The notes under the pieces were generated by a model. The model was not told the DNA's origin, did no database searches, and saw nothing but the letters and a program-made list of their open reading frames with translations. From Candidatus Micrarchaeota archaeon (GTDB lineage: Archaea; B1Sed10-29; B47-G15): a stretch of DNA of 64,000 bases. Positions 8,913 through 18,423 of the stretch are shown piece by piece. A program made the position numbers and the translations under genes. How positions within the stretch are numbered: position 1 is the stretch's first letter; each line of letters opens with the position of its first letter. The stretch is taken from positions 53,235 through 117,234 of the forward strand of contig QMVG01000003.1 in assembly GCA_003660975.1 (NCBI GenBank), written 5' to 3'.

Positions 8913-9746
8913 ATGAACAAAGCAGATGATAAAGACCTTATACAAAAATCGTTTAAAAAGGTAGAAGAACTTCAAATAAAAAACCATGACAGCCAAGTGC
9001 CTTTGTTTCTAGAGTATTTTAGAAATAGGCGAGTTGATTCCGGTACACTCTCTTTTCTTGAAACTGTTCTAATGGACCTCGAAAGGATCTTTTGGACCAT
9101 TGATGATACGCTGGATCTACAGTATGATAATAGTAAAGAATTATATTTATACAATGAAATAGTCAAATTTGTTAGCTTTGTTTTGTTAATGGATAAAATT
9201 TTAACCAAGCAATTTGCCGATAAGAGAGATTTGTTATCTTCTTTGATAGGAAAAAAGATACTTGCAGAGCGGATTCTCGATGCCATAAAAATTACATTAA
9301 AACCGTTAGTTAATATTCCATATAACGAGGCACTCTTATCAAGGAGGTTTAAAAAATTGAATTCTGACCATGAACTGATAAAATTCATAAAAGAAAACCA
9401 ATTAAACAAAGCGCAAAATTTAAAGGTTTATGCAGCAGTGTCAGAAGCCATATGTAAGAAGAATGTAAAGTTAGACTTGTTTCTTTATGCTAGAGCCATC
9501 CAACTTATACGCAATGACATTGAAGATGTTGGGGAAGATAGAAGGCACGATAACAACAACATTGTTCTTTTATTAAGGCGAAGGTTTAGAAGTAGAAACA
9601 AAATAAACAGCCTTCTAATAACTACTGCTAAAGAGATGTATAGATATATCGAAGGCAATTGCGATGAAAACACCTCTTTTTTGAAAGAATTCGCCAAGGC
9701 TGAGATTCAAAAAATAAGAAACTTACTTAATACTCAGCACAGATAG
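8913..9746 (+). CDS. Class I isoprenoid synthase-fold protein (prenyltransferase/terpene synthase-like)
   Basis: Apparently all-helical; DDTLD and QLIRNDIEDVGED Asp-rich motifs about 140 aa apart. Confidence 0.6.
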   Translation: MNKADDKDLIQKSFKKVEELQIKNHDSQVPLFLEYFRNRRVDSGTLSFLETVLMDLERIFWTIDDTLDLQYDNSKELYLYNEIVKFVSFVLLMDKILTKQFADKRDLLSSLIGKKILAERILDAIKITLKPLVNIPYNEALLSRRFKKLNSDHELIKFIKENQLNKAQNLKVYAAVSEAICKKNVKLDLFLYARAIQLIRNDIEDVGEDRRHDNNNIVLLLRRRFRSRNKINSLLITTAKEMYRYIEGNCDENTSFLKEFAKAEIQKIRNLLNTQHR

Positions 9747-10127
9747 TGGGTTCCATCCAAAGAGCATGGCAATTATGATAAAAGCGCTTAGCCAGAGTAA
9801 TGCAAGGCCTACCCTTTCATTTACTATTACCCAGTATTGCCTTGTTTTTGACATGTCATCTATGAGATGGCCTAAATAGCCAACGCTAAAAGCAGTGAAT
9901 ATTAAGTGTTTGGGTTTTACTAGGAATAGCAAAAAAGGGATTAAAAATGAGTGGAGCAATGGGTTTCTGTGCCCAAGTTTCAGGAACTGGTCAATGTCAG
10001 GAGTCAATGCCCCTATTAATGAGAAGAGCATAAAAGGTGGAATCTTTTCTAAGGGTATGCTGAAAAGGATTATGAAAAGAATGGAGAGCAGTACTGATGT
10101 CACTATATGCAGGAAATACCTGGACAT
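9723..10127 (-). CDS. Membrane-bound metal-dependent hydrolase (YdjM-like)
   Basis: H..PDID..HRNPLLHS..HLIDD motifs; start set at ATG 10127. Confidence 0.8.
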   Translation of the reverse strand: MSRYFLHIVTSVLLSILFIILFSIPLEKIPPFMLFSLIGALTPDIDQFLKLGHRNPLLHSFLIPFLLFLVKPKHLIFTAFSVGYLGHLIDDMSKTRQYWVIVNERVGLALLWLSAFIIIAMLFGWNPLSVLSIK

Positions 10128-10248
10128 CGGAGTCTTCCTGTCTTCTTTCTCGCCCACAGTTAATTTACTGCAGTAATGTTTAAAAATGCTTTCTACAAAA
10201 AATGAAAGATTTTTATAATGTGGCTTTCTAATAAAAGAGAGGAGGCAT

Positions 10249-10908
10249 ATGGGAAGAAAAGCACAGTATCTTGTGAGACGGGAAAGAGAGCGAAGGAATA
10301 TAGGAAATGAAGAAAAAAATTCCACCAGGATAGAAACTGAGATTCTTGTAAAAGGAGGCCCTGAAGCTCTTTTGAGATATAAGGGTTTGGATCCCAAAGA
10401 GATACCCAGAGAGGTTATGAGCTCATTAGAGGAAAGTAGGAAGGAAAGAAGCAGCAGAGGTCTGAGAACACTTGAGCTATTCATTCAAAGCCTTCCACCA
10501 AAAGAGAGGTCGAAGATATTACTAAGAGCGATTGAGGAGAGAAGAAAAAGGATGCCACCGCTTAAAGAAGGGGATAAAGAAAAAAAGATAAAAATAAGAA
10601 AAAAGACAGGAAAGAAATCCTTTATTGGAGGGGGGATCACACATAAAAGAGCTGAACTGGGGGAGCTTGAAACAGAGCTGAAATTTACCCATGCTTTGCT
10701 GGAAAATGTAGCAGAATATCAGGCAGGGGGCAAGCCATTGTCTGTTCTAGTGAGGACTCTAAATAGTAAAGAAAAGAGCTTTTTGAAGCGGTTAGCAGAA
10801 AAATATGGTGTTCCTCTGAGGGTTTCAGTCACTAATAAGGAACTGCCAAAGCAACAGCAACAGCTTGAAGAGGAGTTGGAAAAAGCTAGAGATAACCTGT
10901 TGAGGTGA
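10249..10908 (+). CDS. Basic orphan protein
   Basis: ORF track; GAGGAGG RBS; Arg/Lys-rich N-terminus. Confidence 0.7.
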   Translation: MGRKAQYLVRRERERRNIGNEEKNSTRIETEILVKGGPEALLRYKGLDPKEIPREVMSSLEESRKERSSRGLRTLELFIQSLPPKERSKILLRAIEERRKRMPPLKEGDKEKKIKIRKKTGKKSFIGGGITHKRAELGELETELKFTHALLENVAEYQAGGKPLSVLVRTLNSKEKSFLKRLAEKYGVPLRVSVTNKELPKQQQQLEEELEKARDNLLR

Positions 10909-10912
10909 TGTT

Positions 10913-11527
10913 GTGAGAAAAAGGAAAAATGTGAAAGGGAAGAATGCAGAAAAGTGGCACGGCGAAGAATTTAGCAGGAAGCTGTCAGAAAGCATAAAGA
11001 AAATAGCAGAGTCTGAAGGTGTGCCGTCCAGAGCATTACTGATGAACCCTTCTCTTTACAAGCTTCTTAAAAACCCATGGGTTCCTCTCTCACACAAGGT
11101 TGAGGCAATCAGGGAATTTAGAGACAGCTTAACAAAACAACAGTTGGAAGAATTGAGGGAGTCAGCAAAGACAAGAGAGGTTTCTGAGGCAGCTAAGCTT
11201 GCAAAGAAAGCAGGAGATGTCGCCAAGACGATCAAACAGTTGGATAAGGAAGTAAAGGCACTGCAAGAGGATATTTTTATGGTTGACGCTGCCTTGAGAG
11301 AAATAGATGAATACACGAAAATAGCAAAAAGGAGACGAACAGCAGACGAAGAGAGGTTCCTGGCAGAGAAGGGATTACAGCGTTTAGACCCAAGACTCAG
11401 GCGAAAGGTTTTGGGAATAATGCTACGCTGGAATGTCAAGTCTCCCCTGGAGCTGGAAAAGCTAAAACGCAGGTTAGAAAGAGAAAGGGAGAAAAAGGAG
11501 GAGCTTGCCAGGAAGTTATTGCCTTGA
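10913..11527 (+). CDS. Basic coiled-coil orphan protein
   Basis: ORF track; GAGGTGA RBS before GTG start. Confidence 0.7.
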   Translation: MRKRKNVKGKNAEKWHGEEFSRKLSESIKKIAESEGVPSRALLMNPSLYKLLKNPWVPLSHKVEAIREFRDSLTKQQLEELRESAKTREVSEAAKLAKKAGDVAKTIKQLDKEVKALQEDIFMVDAALREIDEYTKIAKRRRTADEERFLAEKGLQRLDPRLRRKVLGIMLRWNVKSPLELEKLKRRLEREREKKEELARKLLP

Positions 11528-12505
11528 CTATTTGAGCAGGATGTTTCTACTTCTTCTTTTGCTGTACATAAAGTCGTCCTCTGTTTTGCTTATTGACCTT
11601 CTTCTGAATTCAACTATTTCTGTAATTTGTGAGCTCATCAAGTCAGCGAGATAAACAGCCAATGCTTCTGGAAACATAGGCGCCTTTATAGAACCATACT
11701 CTAATTCACCGTGATGGGATATCATTATGTGAATAAGCTTGTCTTTTAGGTCCTCACTTAATCCCAGTTCTTTCATCTTCTCGCTCAGCATTATCACACC
11801 TTGGGTTATATGGCCATGCAGTTGCCCTGACCTGCTCCCTTTTATTCTTGTTGTTGTTACTATCTCCTTGACCTTTCCTATGTCGTGCAGCAAGGCACCT
11901 GCAATCAACAGATCTCGGTCCAAGTCCCTGTAATGCTTGGATGCAAGTTCACAGTAATCCGCAACCTCTAATGTATGTTGCAACAGCCCCCCTCTCCAAT
12001 TGTGGTGTATCATAATAGCTCCAGGATGTTCGCTAAATTTCTTCCTAAATTGCAAATCATCAACAAAAAAAGCTTTTAGCAGCGTTTTTAGCTCATTGCT
12101 TTTGATGCTTTCAATTTTCCTGTCAAGCTCTGCCAGCATTTCACCTATGTCCCTGTGTTCCTTTTCTATGAAGTCATTGACGTCATATTCTCCTTCTTTT
12201 AGAACCCTTATTTCAGAAGATTCATCAGCAGATATCTCCAAATTGCCCCTGTAGCTCTGCACCTTTCCTGTTACGAGAACCACGTCGTCTGCTTTTATTG
12301 ATTCGTATATGCCTCTAACTTTTTCCTCATCCTGTCCTCCCCAGTATTTGTAGTTCATTGTTTCGCCAGAGGCATCTGTCAGTATCAGGTGGAAGTAGTG
12401 GCCGTTTTTGTATGGGAACATTCCTCTCTTTATTTTGACCACAAATATATCTGATATCAACTCTCCATCCTTAAGCTCTCTGATCATCCTCTTTTTTCTT
12501 ATCAA
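11528..12505 (-). CDS. OB-fold + HD domain 3'-5' exoribonuclease (YhaM/Cbf1 family)
   Basis: N-terminal OB fold; HH..GGLLQHT, LHDIGK, GHI, SHHG, DLMSS. Confidence 0.85.
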   Translation of the reverse strand: MIRKKRMIRELKDGELISDIFVVKIKRGMFPYKNGHYFHLILTDASGETMNYKYWGGQDEEKVRGIYESIKADDVVLVTGKVQSYRGNLEISADESSEIRVLKEGEYDVNDFIEKEHRDIGEMLAELDRKIESIKSNELKTLLKAFFVDDLQFRKKFSEHPGAIMIHHNWRGGLLQHTLEVADYCELASKHYRDLDRDLLIAGALLHDIGKVKEIVTTTRIKGSRSGQLHGHITQGVIMLSEKMKELGLSEDLKDKLIHIMISHHGELEYGSIKAPMFPEALAVYLADLMSSQITEIVEFRRRSISKTEDDFMYSKRRSRNILLK

Positions 12506-12567
12506 AGAAGCACCCCGCCACTGTATATTTCACATGCTCTGCATTTATACCTTTCTTTGCTGCACTT

Positions 12568-12936
12568 CTAATATTCCTCGCACGTTAACTCGAAATAATT
12601 CTTTGGATGGTTGCATGATGGGCATATCTCTGGAGGCTCTTCACCTTCATGTATATATCCGCATTTCATACAAACCCAGTATACCTTCTTTTCCTTTTTG
12701 AACATTGTGCCTTTTTTTATTTCATCCAACAGTTTTCTGAACCTCTCTTCATGGTGCTTTTCTGCTATTGCTATTGCTCTCAACCTCTTTGCTATGTCTG
12801 CATACCCCTCTTTTTCAGCTATCTCAGCAAACTCTGGATACATTTTTGTGTTCTCAAATAGACATTTCGGCCTGCCACAAAGCAGTCTTGTTCCCTTACA
12901 TATCGCGCAAAGGTTTTCGTAATGTCTCATCATCAT
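12568..12936 (-). CDS. Chimeric ORF: Nre-like N-terminal Cys motif fused to the C-terminal half of rubrerythrin
   Basis: CAICKGTRLLCGRPKC followed by MYPEFA..AEKHHE..WVCMKCGYIH..CPSCNHP. Confidence 0.7.
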   Translation of the reverse strand: MMMRHYENLCAICKGTRLLCGRPKCLFENTKMYPEFAEIAEKEGYADIAKRLRAIAIAEKHHEERFRKLLDEIKKGTMFKKEKKVYWVCMKCGYIHEGEEPPEICPSCNHPKNYFELTCEEY

Positions 12937-13016
12937 TTATCTTTTGCTCCTACAGGTTATAAATGCTTCACTCTGCTGTCGCGTAATCTTTTTAAGCCCT
13001 TTTGAGTAAGAGGGTT

Positions 13017-13565
13017 ATGGATAGGGAATTCAAAAGGAATGTCGTTCACCTGATATTCGGGACAGTTGTAGCTGTTTCTGTGTTAATTTTTAGCAGTACT
13101 GCTCTTCTGTCAACAGGAATAATTATTATCGCAGGTTTGGTAATAGCCAAACTATGCGAGAAGCACGAGGTCTTTATCTTCTCTTACCTACTTAAGCAAA
13201 TGGAAAGAGAAAATGCGCTTATACCTGGGCAAGGCGTTCTCTCCTTTTTCATAGGCGCTTTCATTTCTCTGCTTTTCTTTCCTGTTCACATTGTTTTTTA
13301 TTCCATTCTCATTCTGGCATTTCTTGACAGTTTCTCAACAGTTTTTGGAAAGGCCTTTGGCAGAATAAGAATTTACAAGAGAAAGACAGTAATCGGAACT
13401 GCGAGCGGTTTTCTTTCTGCATTTCTTTTAATGATACTCTTAACGAATGTCAAAGCTGCTTTTTTCTCTTCTTTGGCTGCGTCTTTAGTGGAACTTTTCT
13501 CTCCATTTGATGACAATGTTGTTTTGCCTCCTGTAGTGTCTCTCGTTCTCTACCTATTGCTGTAA
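13017..13565 (+). CDS. Dolichol/phytol kinase family membrane protein
   Basis: RNVVH, DSFSTVFGKAFG, KT..GT, DDN motifs. Confidence 0.8.
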   Translation: MDREFKRNVVHLIFGTVVAVSVLIFSSTALLSTGIIIIAGLVIAKLCEKHEVFIFSYLLKQMERENALIPGQGVLSFFIGAFISLLFFPVHIVFYSILILAFLDSFSTVFGKAFGRIRIYKRKTVIGTASGFLSAFLLMILLTNVKAAFFSSLAASLVELFSPFDDNVVLPPVVSLVLYLLL

Positions 13566-13607
13566 TAAATATCAATCATTAAAAAGCAGATTATCTCCTA
13601 TATTAGC

Positions 13608-14291
13608 ATGGCAAAAATTCATAAATTTAAAGGCAGGCTTTATACAGAAATTCCAAGAGAAGTTGTTGATGATTTAGGCATCAGTGAAGACAAGGAGCTG
13701 AACTTTGTAAGAGTTTACCCTCGCCTTTATGTTGTCTCTGTTAAAGAAGGGGAAAAGGAAGACCTTGAGAGGAAGGTGATTGAAAAAGCAATGAAGATAC
13801 CGCACAGTAAACGCGAGAAAGATGCTTTTCTCTCCAGCCTCAGCAAAGAAGAGAAGAGAGCTTATGAGCAACTCCTTAAGAAAAAAATACTGTTTGAGTA
13901 CAAGAGCAAGGGAAAAGAAATGGTAGGCATAGACAGAGCATTTGTAAAGAAAGAGGAGAGCGAATTGATAAATAAGCTGGAGAGAAAAGGGTATCATATA
14001 ATGGAAGATGATGCAGAGGCAAAAAAGGTAAATGAAGAAATTATGAAACACAAGAGAGAGAACGATTTCTTAGGAATAAAGGGCTTTGACAAAAAGTATT
14101 ACCTAATAAGCAGAAAAAAACTTGCCGAGGTTGAGAATAAGATTCTAAAAGCTTTGTCATCAGAGAAGAGTGTGAAGCAAGTGGCTGAGAGTTTAGGGTA
14201 TAAGGAGGAGCTGTGCCTAGCTGCTATACGCTTTTTAGAGGCCGAGGGAAAGATTTTTGAGAAGAAAAAGGGCATTTATAAGGCGATATAG
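13608..14291 (+). CDS. Protein with AbrB-like N-terminus and C-terminal winged helix
   Basis: EIPREVVDDLGI (AbrB-like); SVKQVAESLG..LEAEGKI (wHTH). Confidence 0.55.
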   Translation: MAKIHKFKGRLYTEIPREVVDDLGISEDKELNFVRVYPRLYVVSVKEGEKEDLERKVIEKAMKIPHSKREKDAFLSSLSKEEKRAYEQLLKKKILFEYKSKGKEMVGIDRAFVKKEESELINKLERKGYHIMEDDAEAKKVNEEIMKHKRENDFLGIKGFDKKYYLISRKKLAEVENKILKALSSEKSVKQVAESLGYKEELCLAAIRFLEAEGKIFEKKKGIYKAI

Positions 14292-14299
14292 GTGTCCTT

Positions 14300-14668
14300 A
14301 TGGCTGAGCTTACGTATGTAATTCCGATATTAACCGAGAAAGAATCAGAAGACGATTTTCTGAACAAAGCGAGGAAGGCAGAGCATATTATATTGCTTTA
14401 TGTCGTTGATGAAGCAGAGCTAAAAGACGTTCCATCTGGCTTCATAGGGGGCAGGATAAAAGCAGCTGAAAATGTTATGGACACTTACAAGAAGAAATTC
14501 AAAAGAAAAAATGTTGAAGGTTTTATTGAATGGGGTAGTTGGTTTACCAAGATAAAAGCATATTATGTATTAAAAAAAGCAGACCTTGTCTTAATGAGGA
14601 ATTCAATTCTCGCCAATAAAATAGCAAAGGAATTGAAGAGAGACTCGATTAATTTTGAGGTAGTCTGA
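14300..14668 (+). CDS. Universal stress protein-like
   Basis: LLYVVD and ADLVLM pattern. Confidence 0.5.
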   Translation: MAELTYVIPILTEKESEDDFLNKARKAEHIILLYVVDEAELKDVPSGFIGGRIKAAENVMDTYKKKFKRKNVEGFIEWGSWFTKIKAYYVLKKADLVLMRNSILANKIAKELKRDSINFEVV

Positions 14669-15627
14669 TGGCAAAAAAGGTTTTGATAACAGGCAGTTCT
14701 GGCTTTTTTGGCACTGCTATGCTTCATTATTTGCTAAATAAAAAATATAAGGTGCTTGGCATTGACCTTAAGGAAGCATCTGAGAAGGCAAGGGGATTTG
14801 TTTTCAAGAAAGCAGATATCAGAGATGCCTCTCTGGTGGATAAGCTTACAAAAGGGGTAGATATAGTAATCCACGCAGCAGCTGCAATGCCACACTTTAA
14901 GAAAGAGGAAATTTTTTCAGTAAATGTTTTAGGCACGAAAAATCTGCTGGAATCTTCAATAAAAAACAAGGTCAAGCGCTTCATTTTTTTGTCAAGCACT
15001 GAGATTTACGGCTTTCCAGAAAACTTTCCAATCACAGAAAGCTTTCCACTGAAGGCATTTGATGCATATACAAGGAGCAAGGTAATAGGAGAAAGCTTAT
15101 GCCGCGGTTATATGGGAAGAGGGACGCTAATATCTATATTAAGACCAACTACTTTCGTCGGCCCGGGTCGCTTGAGGTCCTATAAGAAACTATATGATCT
15201 CGCCAGGACTGGCAGGAGCATACCAATAATAGGCAAGGGAAACAAGCCATATCAGATACTCCATGTTTCAGACCTTGTTTCAGCTGTTTTTAGCTTAATA
15301 AAATCAAACAGAAGTCGCTTTGAAGACACTTATAATCTGTCTCCAAGAGACGCTCCGACGTCAAGGGAAATTATGCAGGCCCTTTTGGACCACGCTGGCT
15401 TCGGCAAGAAAGTAATCAGCGTGGCTCCTTTAATTGGCCTGCCTGTTATGAACATAATTGAGAGAACTGGCTTATACGACATCCACAAGTGGTCATATAT
15501 GTCTTTGTATAAAGGACATTATGTCTCCTCTGAAAAGATAGGCAAAGCTCTTGCCTGGAAGGCATCAAAGGACTCTATAGAAGCGCTTTTAGATGGGTAT
15601 GACTGGTACATAAAACGCTTTACATAG
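14668..15627 (+). CDS. NAD-dependent epimerase/dehydratase
   Basis: TGSSGFFG, HAAA, LSS, YTRSK. Confidence 0.9.
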   Translation: MAKKVLITGSSGFFGTAMLHYLLNKKYKVLGIDLKEASEKARGFVFKKADIRDASLVDKLTKGVDIVIHAAAAMPHFKKEEIFSVNVLGTKNLLESSIKNKVKRFIFLSSTEIYGFPENFPITESFPLKAFDAYTRSKVIGESLCRGYMGRGTLISILRPTTFVGPGRLRSYKKLYDLARTGRSIPIIGKGNKPYQILHVSDLVSAVFSLIKSNRSRFEDTYNLSPRDAPTSREIMQALLDHAGFGKKVISVAPLIGLPVMNIIERTGLYDIHKWSYMSLYKGHYVSSEKIGKALAWKASKDSIEALLDGYDWYIKRFT

Positions 15628-16705
15628 AATCTACAATGCTCCTGGCTTTGTCCATAAGCTTTCTTTTTTTTCTCTGATGCTCCATAAGCATTTTCTTCAG
15701 CCGCCCAATTGCCTCTTTTTTACAGTCTCCACACAGTAGTTTGCCTGCCTTACATGCTTCATATCTTTCTTTTAGTTTCTTATCATCTTTTTCCAAGTGA
15801 AATAAAAACAGCTCATATATAGGGCAGTTTTCAGGCTGGCCTCCCTTCTCTTTCTGCTCTTTTACAGTAGCCCTCCCGCCTGTAAACCCATTCATAACTT
15901 TTCTTTCAATGTCTTCCTCAGTGTCGCTTAGCGTTATCATTGAACTTTCATCTCTTTTGCTCATTTTACTGTCTCCAGACAGCGACCTTATAAATTTGTT
16001 ATAAGTGCTGGATGGAGATATCAGGCCATGCTTTGGCGCTATGTCTCTTGTTAATCTTATGTGTGGGTCTTGGTCAATCCCAACAGGAACCACAGTTGGC
16101 TTTGGGCCTCCAAATTCAGGCATCTGGGGCAGTAATATATCAGCCACCTGTATCAGCGCTGCCATATAATACCCTATATCCTTTTCCCCATATATGGCTC
16201 TCATCATGTTGTTGGTTACATTGTTGGAGAAAACAAAGGCCATGTTATTGACTCTTGTCTGCTTAGATTGCCTGTAAAAGTAGGCTCTTTTCTCAGATGC
16301 GTCTACGCCAAGAGCCAAGAGGTCAGCTATGTTGTCTATTGCCGTGTCCCTCTGTTCTTCCAAAGCTATCTTATTCGTGATTAATGCTTCCAAATCAGCT
16401 ATACAGTAAAACAATTTGGCTCCCAGCCTTTGGAAGTATTTTATTTGTTCAGCAACTAACTTACTGCCAAGATGGAAATTATTGCTCGGTTTTATCCCAG
16501 TCATAATGGCGAATTCCTTTCCTTTACGGTGCGCATCAATTATTCTTTCTATGTCCCTGTGGGCAAAGACTATTTTTCTCCTAAAGAGAAAGTTATCGCC
16601 AGGCATTAGCTCTACAGGAATTTCCTTTATAGCAAAAGCTCGCATCACATCCCTATAATCTTCTATAACGCTTTCGCCAAATGGGTCAAGTTTCATGCTT
16701 ACCAC
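15620..16705 (-). CDS. trpS: Tryptophanyl-tRNA synthetase (archaeal type)
   Basis: TGIKPS, HLGS, QVADIL, GIDQDPH, KMSK, TGGR. Confidence 0.92.
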   Translation of the reverse strand: MVSMKLDPFGESVIEDYRDVMRAFAIKEIPVELMPGDNFLFRRKIVFAHRDIERIIDAHRKGKEFAIMTGIKPSNNFHLGSKLVAEQIKYFQRLGAKLFYCIADLEALITNKIALEEQRDTAIDNIADLLALGVDASEKRAYFYRQSKQTRVNNMAFVFSNNVTNNMMRAIYGEKDIGYYMAALIQVADILLPQMPEFGGPKPTVVPVGIDQDPHIRLTRDIAPKHGLISPSSTYNKFIRSLSGDSKMSKRDESSMITLSDTEEDIERKVMNGFTGGRATVKEQKEKGGQPENCPIYELFLFHLEKDDKKLKERYEACKAGKLLCGDCKKEAIGRLKKMLMEHQRKKRKLMDKARSIVDSM

Positions 16706-16858
16706 TACTCTCCTCTTTTTTATAATGCTTTCCTAAGAAAAAGCTAGCGCTCTTAAATTCTTTTAGTTTATTCACCATTGGAGCGCAACACCCATCAATT
16801 TCACCGAGCTATTTTTTGAACGAGGCACTTTAAATATTTAAGCATTTAAAATATATCT

Positions 16859-17377
16859 ATGGCATTGTTGTTAAACAACCAGGTTTGGATGACAGAAGAT
16901 GAGAAAGCTTTGATAGAGGACCTACTCAGGAGAGGCTATGGAGAGAAGATATCTAACAGATTGCTGCTCATGCCAGAGGAGGCTCTTTTTCTTATGGAAA
17001 AGAGAAAGAGCTTTACAGTAAGCACAGAAAGGGGAAAGAAAAAGAGCTTTGATGAATTGTACAAATTGTTCACCCGCCTAGATAAGCTGTTTCCGCTGAA
17101 ATATAATGTTTTTAGGGACTTGAGAGAAAGAGGATACTGTGTTAAAACTGGTTTTAAATTTGGTTCGCATTATAGAGTCTATGCCAGAGGCAAAAAGCCA
17201 GGCTCTGGCCACGCAGACTGGCTTGTCCAAGCAATTCCAGAAAATAGGATATTTGAGGCCAATCAGCTTTCTGTGGCAGTGCGCCTCGCCCAAAATGTTA
17301 GAAAGAAAATGATATATGCAGTTGTCGATAAAGAGGGAGATATCGTTTATTATAAGGTTGAGAGGATAACGCCATAG
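16859..17377 (+). CDS. endA: tRNA splicing endonuclease
   Basis: DLRERGY, KFGSHYRVY, catalytic His (GH), VRKK. Confidence 0.9.
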   Translation: MALLLNNQVWMTEDEKALIEDLLRRGYGEKISNRLLLMPEEALFLMEKRKSFTVSTERGKKKSFDELYKLFTRLDKLFPLKYNVFRDLRERGYCVKTGFKFGSHYRVYARGKKPGSGHADWLVQAIPENRIFEANQLSVAVRLAQNVRKKMIYAVVDKEGDIVYYKVERITP

Positions 17378-17386
17378 GTGAGGTAG

Positions 17387-18142
17387 ATGCTTTTTTTGAT
17401 AGGCCTTGGTTTGTCTGATGAGAAAGACATAACGCTAAGAGGACTGGAGCTTGCAAGCTCTGCAGACCTAGTTTTTCTTGAGGCCTATACAAGCAAGCTG
17501 TACAAGGAAGATTTGAAGGCCTTGGAAAAGCTTATAGGGAAAAAGATTCAGAGAGCAGATAGGGAGTTCATAGAGTCATCTAAGATCCTTCTCTATGCGC
17601 ACAAGCATAACGTTGCTCTTTTAGTTCCAGGAGACCCAATGATTGCAACTACCCATGCAGAACTTATTCTACGGGCAAGGGAGGAAAAGATAGAGACTAA
17701 GATTGTCCACAATGCAGGCATAATGAACGCAGTGCTGGACACTGGGCTTCAGTTTTACAAGTTCGGAAGAACGACAACCATAAGCTTTTGGGAAGGGAAT
17801 TACAAGCCAACAAGTTTCTATGATGTGATAAAAAGAAATAAAAAAATGAATCTTCACAGCTTATGTCTTCTTGATATTGATATTGTTAAGAATAGGTATA
17901 TGAGCCCAAATGAAGCTATAAGGAGACTGCTTTTCATACAGAAACAGAGGGGAGATGAAGCTGTTATAGATGAAGTTGTTGTTTGTTCAAGGATGGGTAG
18001 CACTAAGCAGAATATAATATACGGAAAAGCAGTAGAGCTGCAAAATCTCGCTTTCGGCAATGGGCTGCACTGCTTGGTGATACCTGCAGCTCTTCATGAC
18101 CTCGAGAGAGAATTTCTTGAGCAGTTTAGGGTGAAGCAATGA
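17387..18142 (+). CDS. dph5: Diphthine synthase
   Basis: IGLGL, EAYTS, GDPMIATTH, GLQFYKFG, LH..CLLDI. Confidence 0.92.
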   Translation: MLFLIGLGLSDEKDITLRGLELASSADLVFLEAYTSKLYKEDLKALEKLIGKKIQRADREFIESSKILLYAHKHNVALLVPGDPMIATTHAELILRAREEKIETKIVHNAGIMNAVLDTGLQFYKFGRTTTISFWEGNYKPTSFYDVIKRNKKMNLHSLCLLDIDIVKNRYMSPNEAIRRLLFIQKQRGDEAVIDEVVVCSRMGSTKQNIIYGKAVELQNLAFGNGLHCLVIPAALHDLEREFLEQFRVKQ

Positions 18143-18384
18143 AAAAGCTGGACTACTGTATTAGGATGACTTCTGACTGCCTGAAGGAATTGAAAATACT
18201 GGATGAGAAAGCTAAAGCACTGATTGATTTTGCTAGGGATTATTTGAAGGATGCAGAGTATTATTACGATAAGGACCCAGAGACAGCACTTGAAGCAGTG
18301 TCTTATGCACATGGTTTTATAGATGCTGCCGTGCTTTTAGGTCTTATTGAGATACCTGGCTACCACCTGAAAAAGAAGTTTTAA
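18139..18384 (+). CDS. DUF357-family protein
   Basis: YLKDAEYY..YAHGFIDA; overlaps dph5 as usual. Confidence 0.8.
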   Translation: MKKLDYCIRMTSDCLKELKILDEKAKALIDFARDYLKDAEYYYDKDPETALEAVSYAHGFIDAAVLLGLIEIPGYHLKKKF

Positions 18385-18423
18385 GCAAAACAGTTATATT
18401 AGATTAATTCTTTACTTTTTACG

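Noticed and set aside
10128-10484. Long N-terminal extension of the 253-aa minus ORF
   Set aside because: Antisense shadow of the 10249 gene; the hydrolase motifs start at ATG 10127
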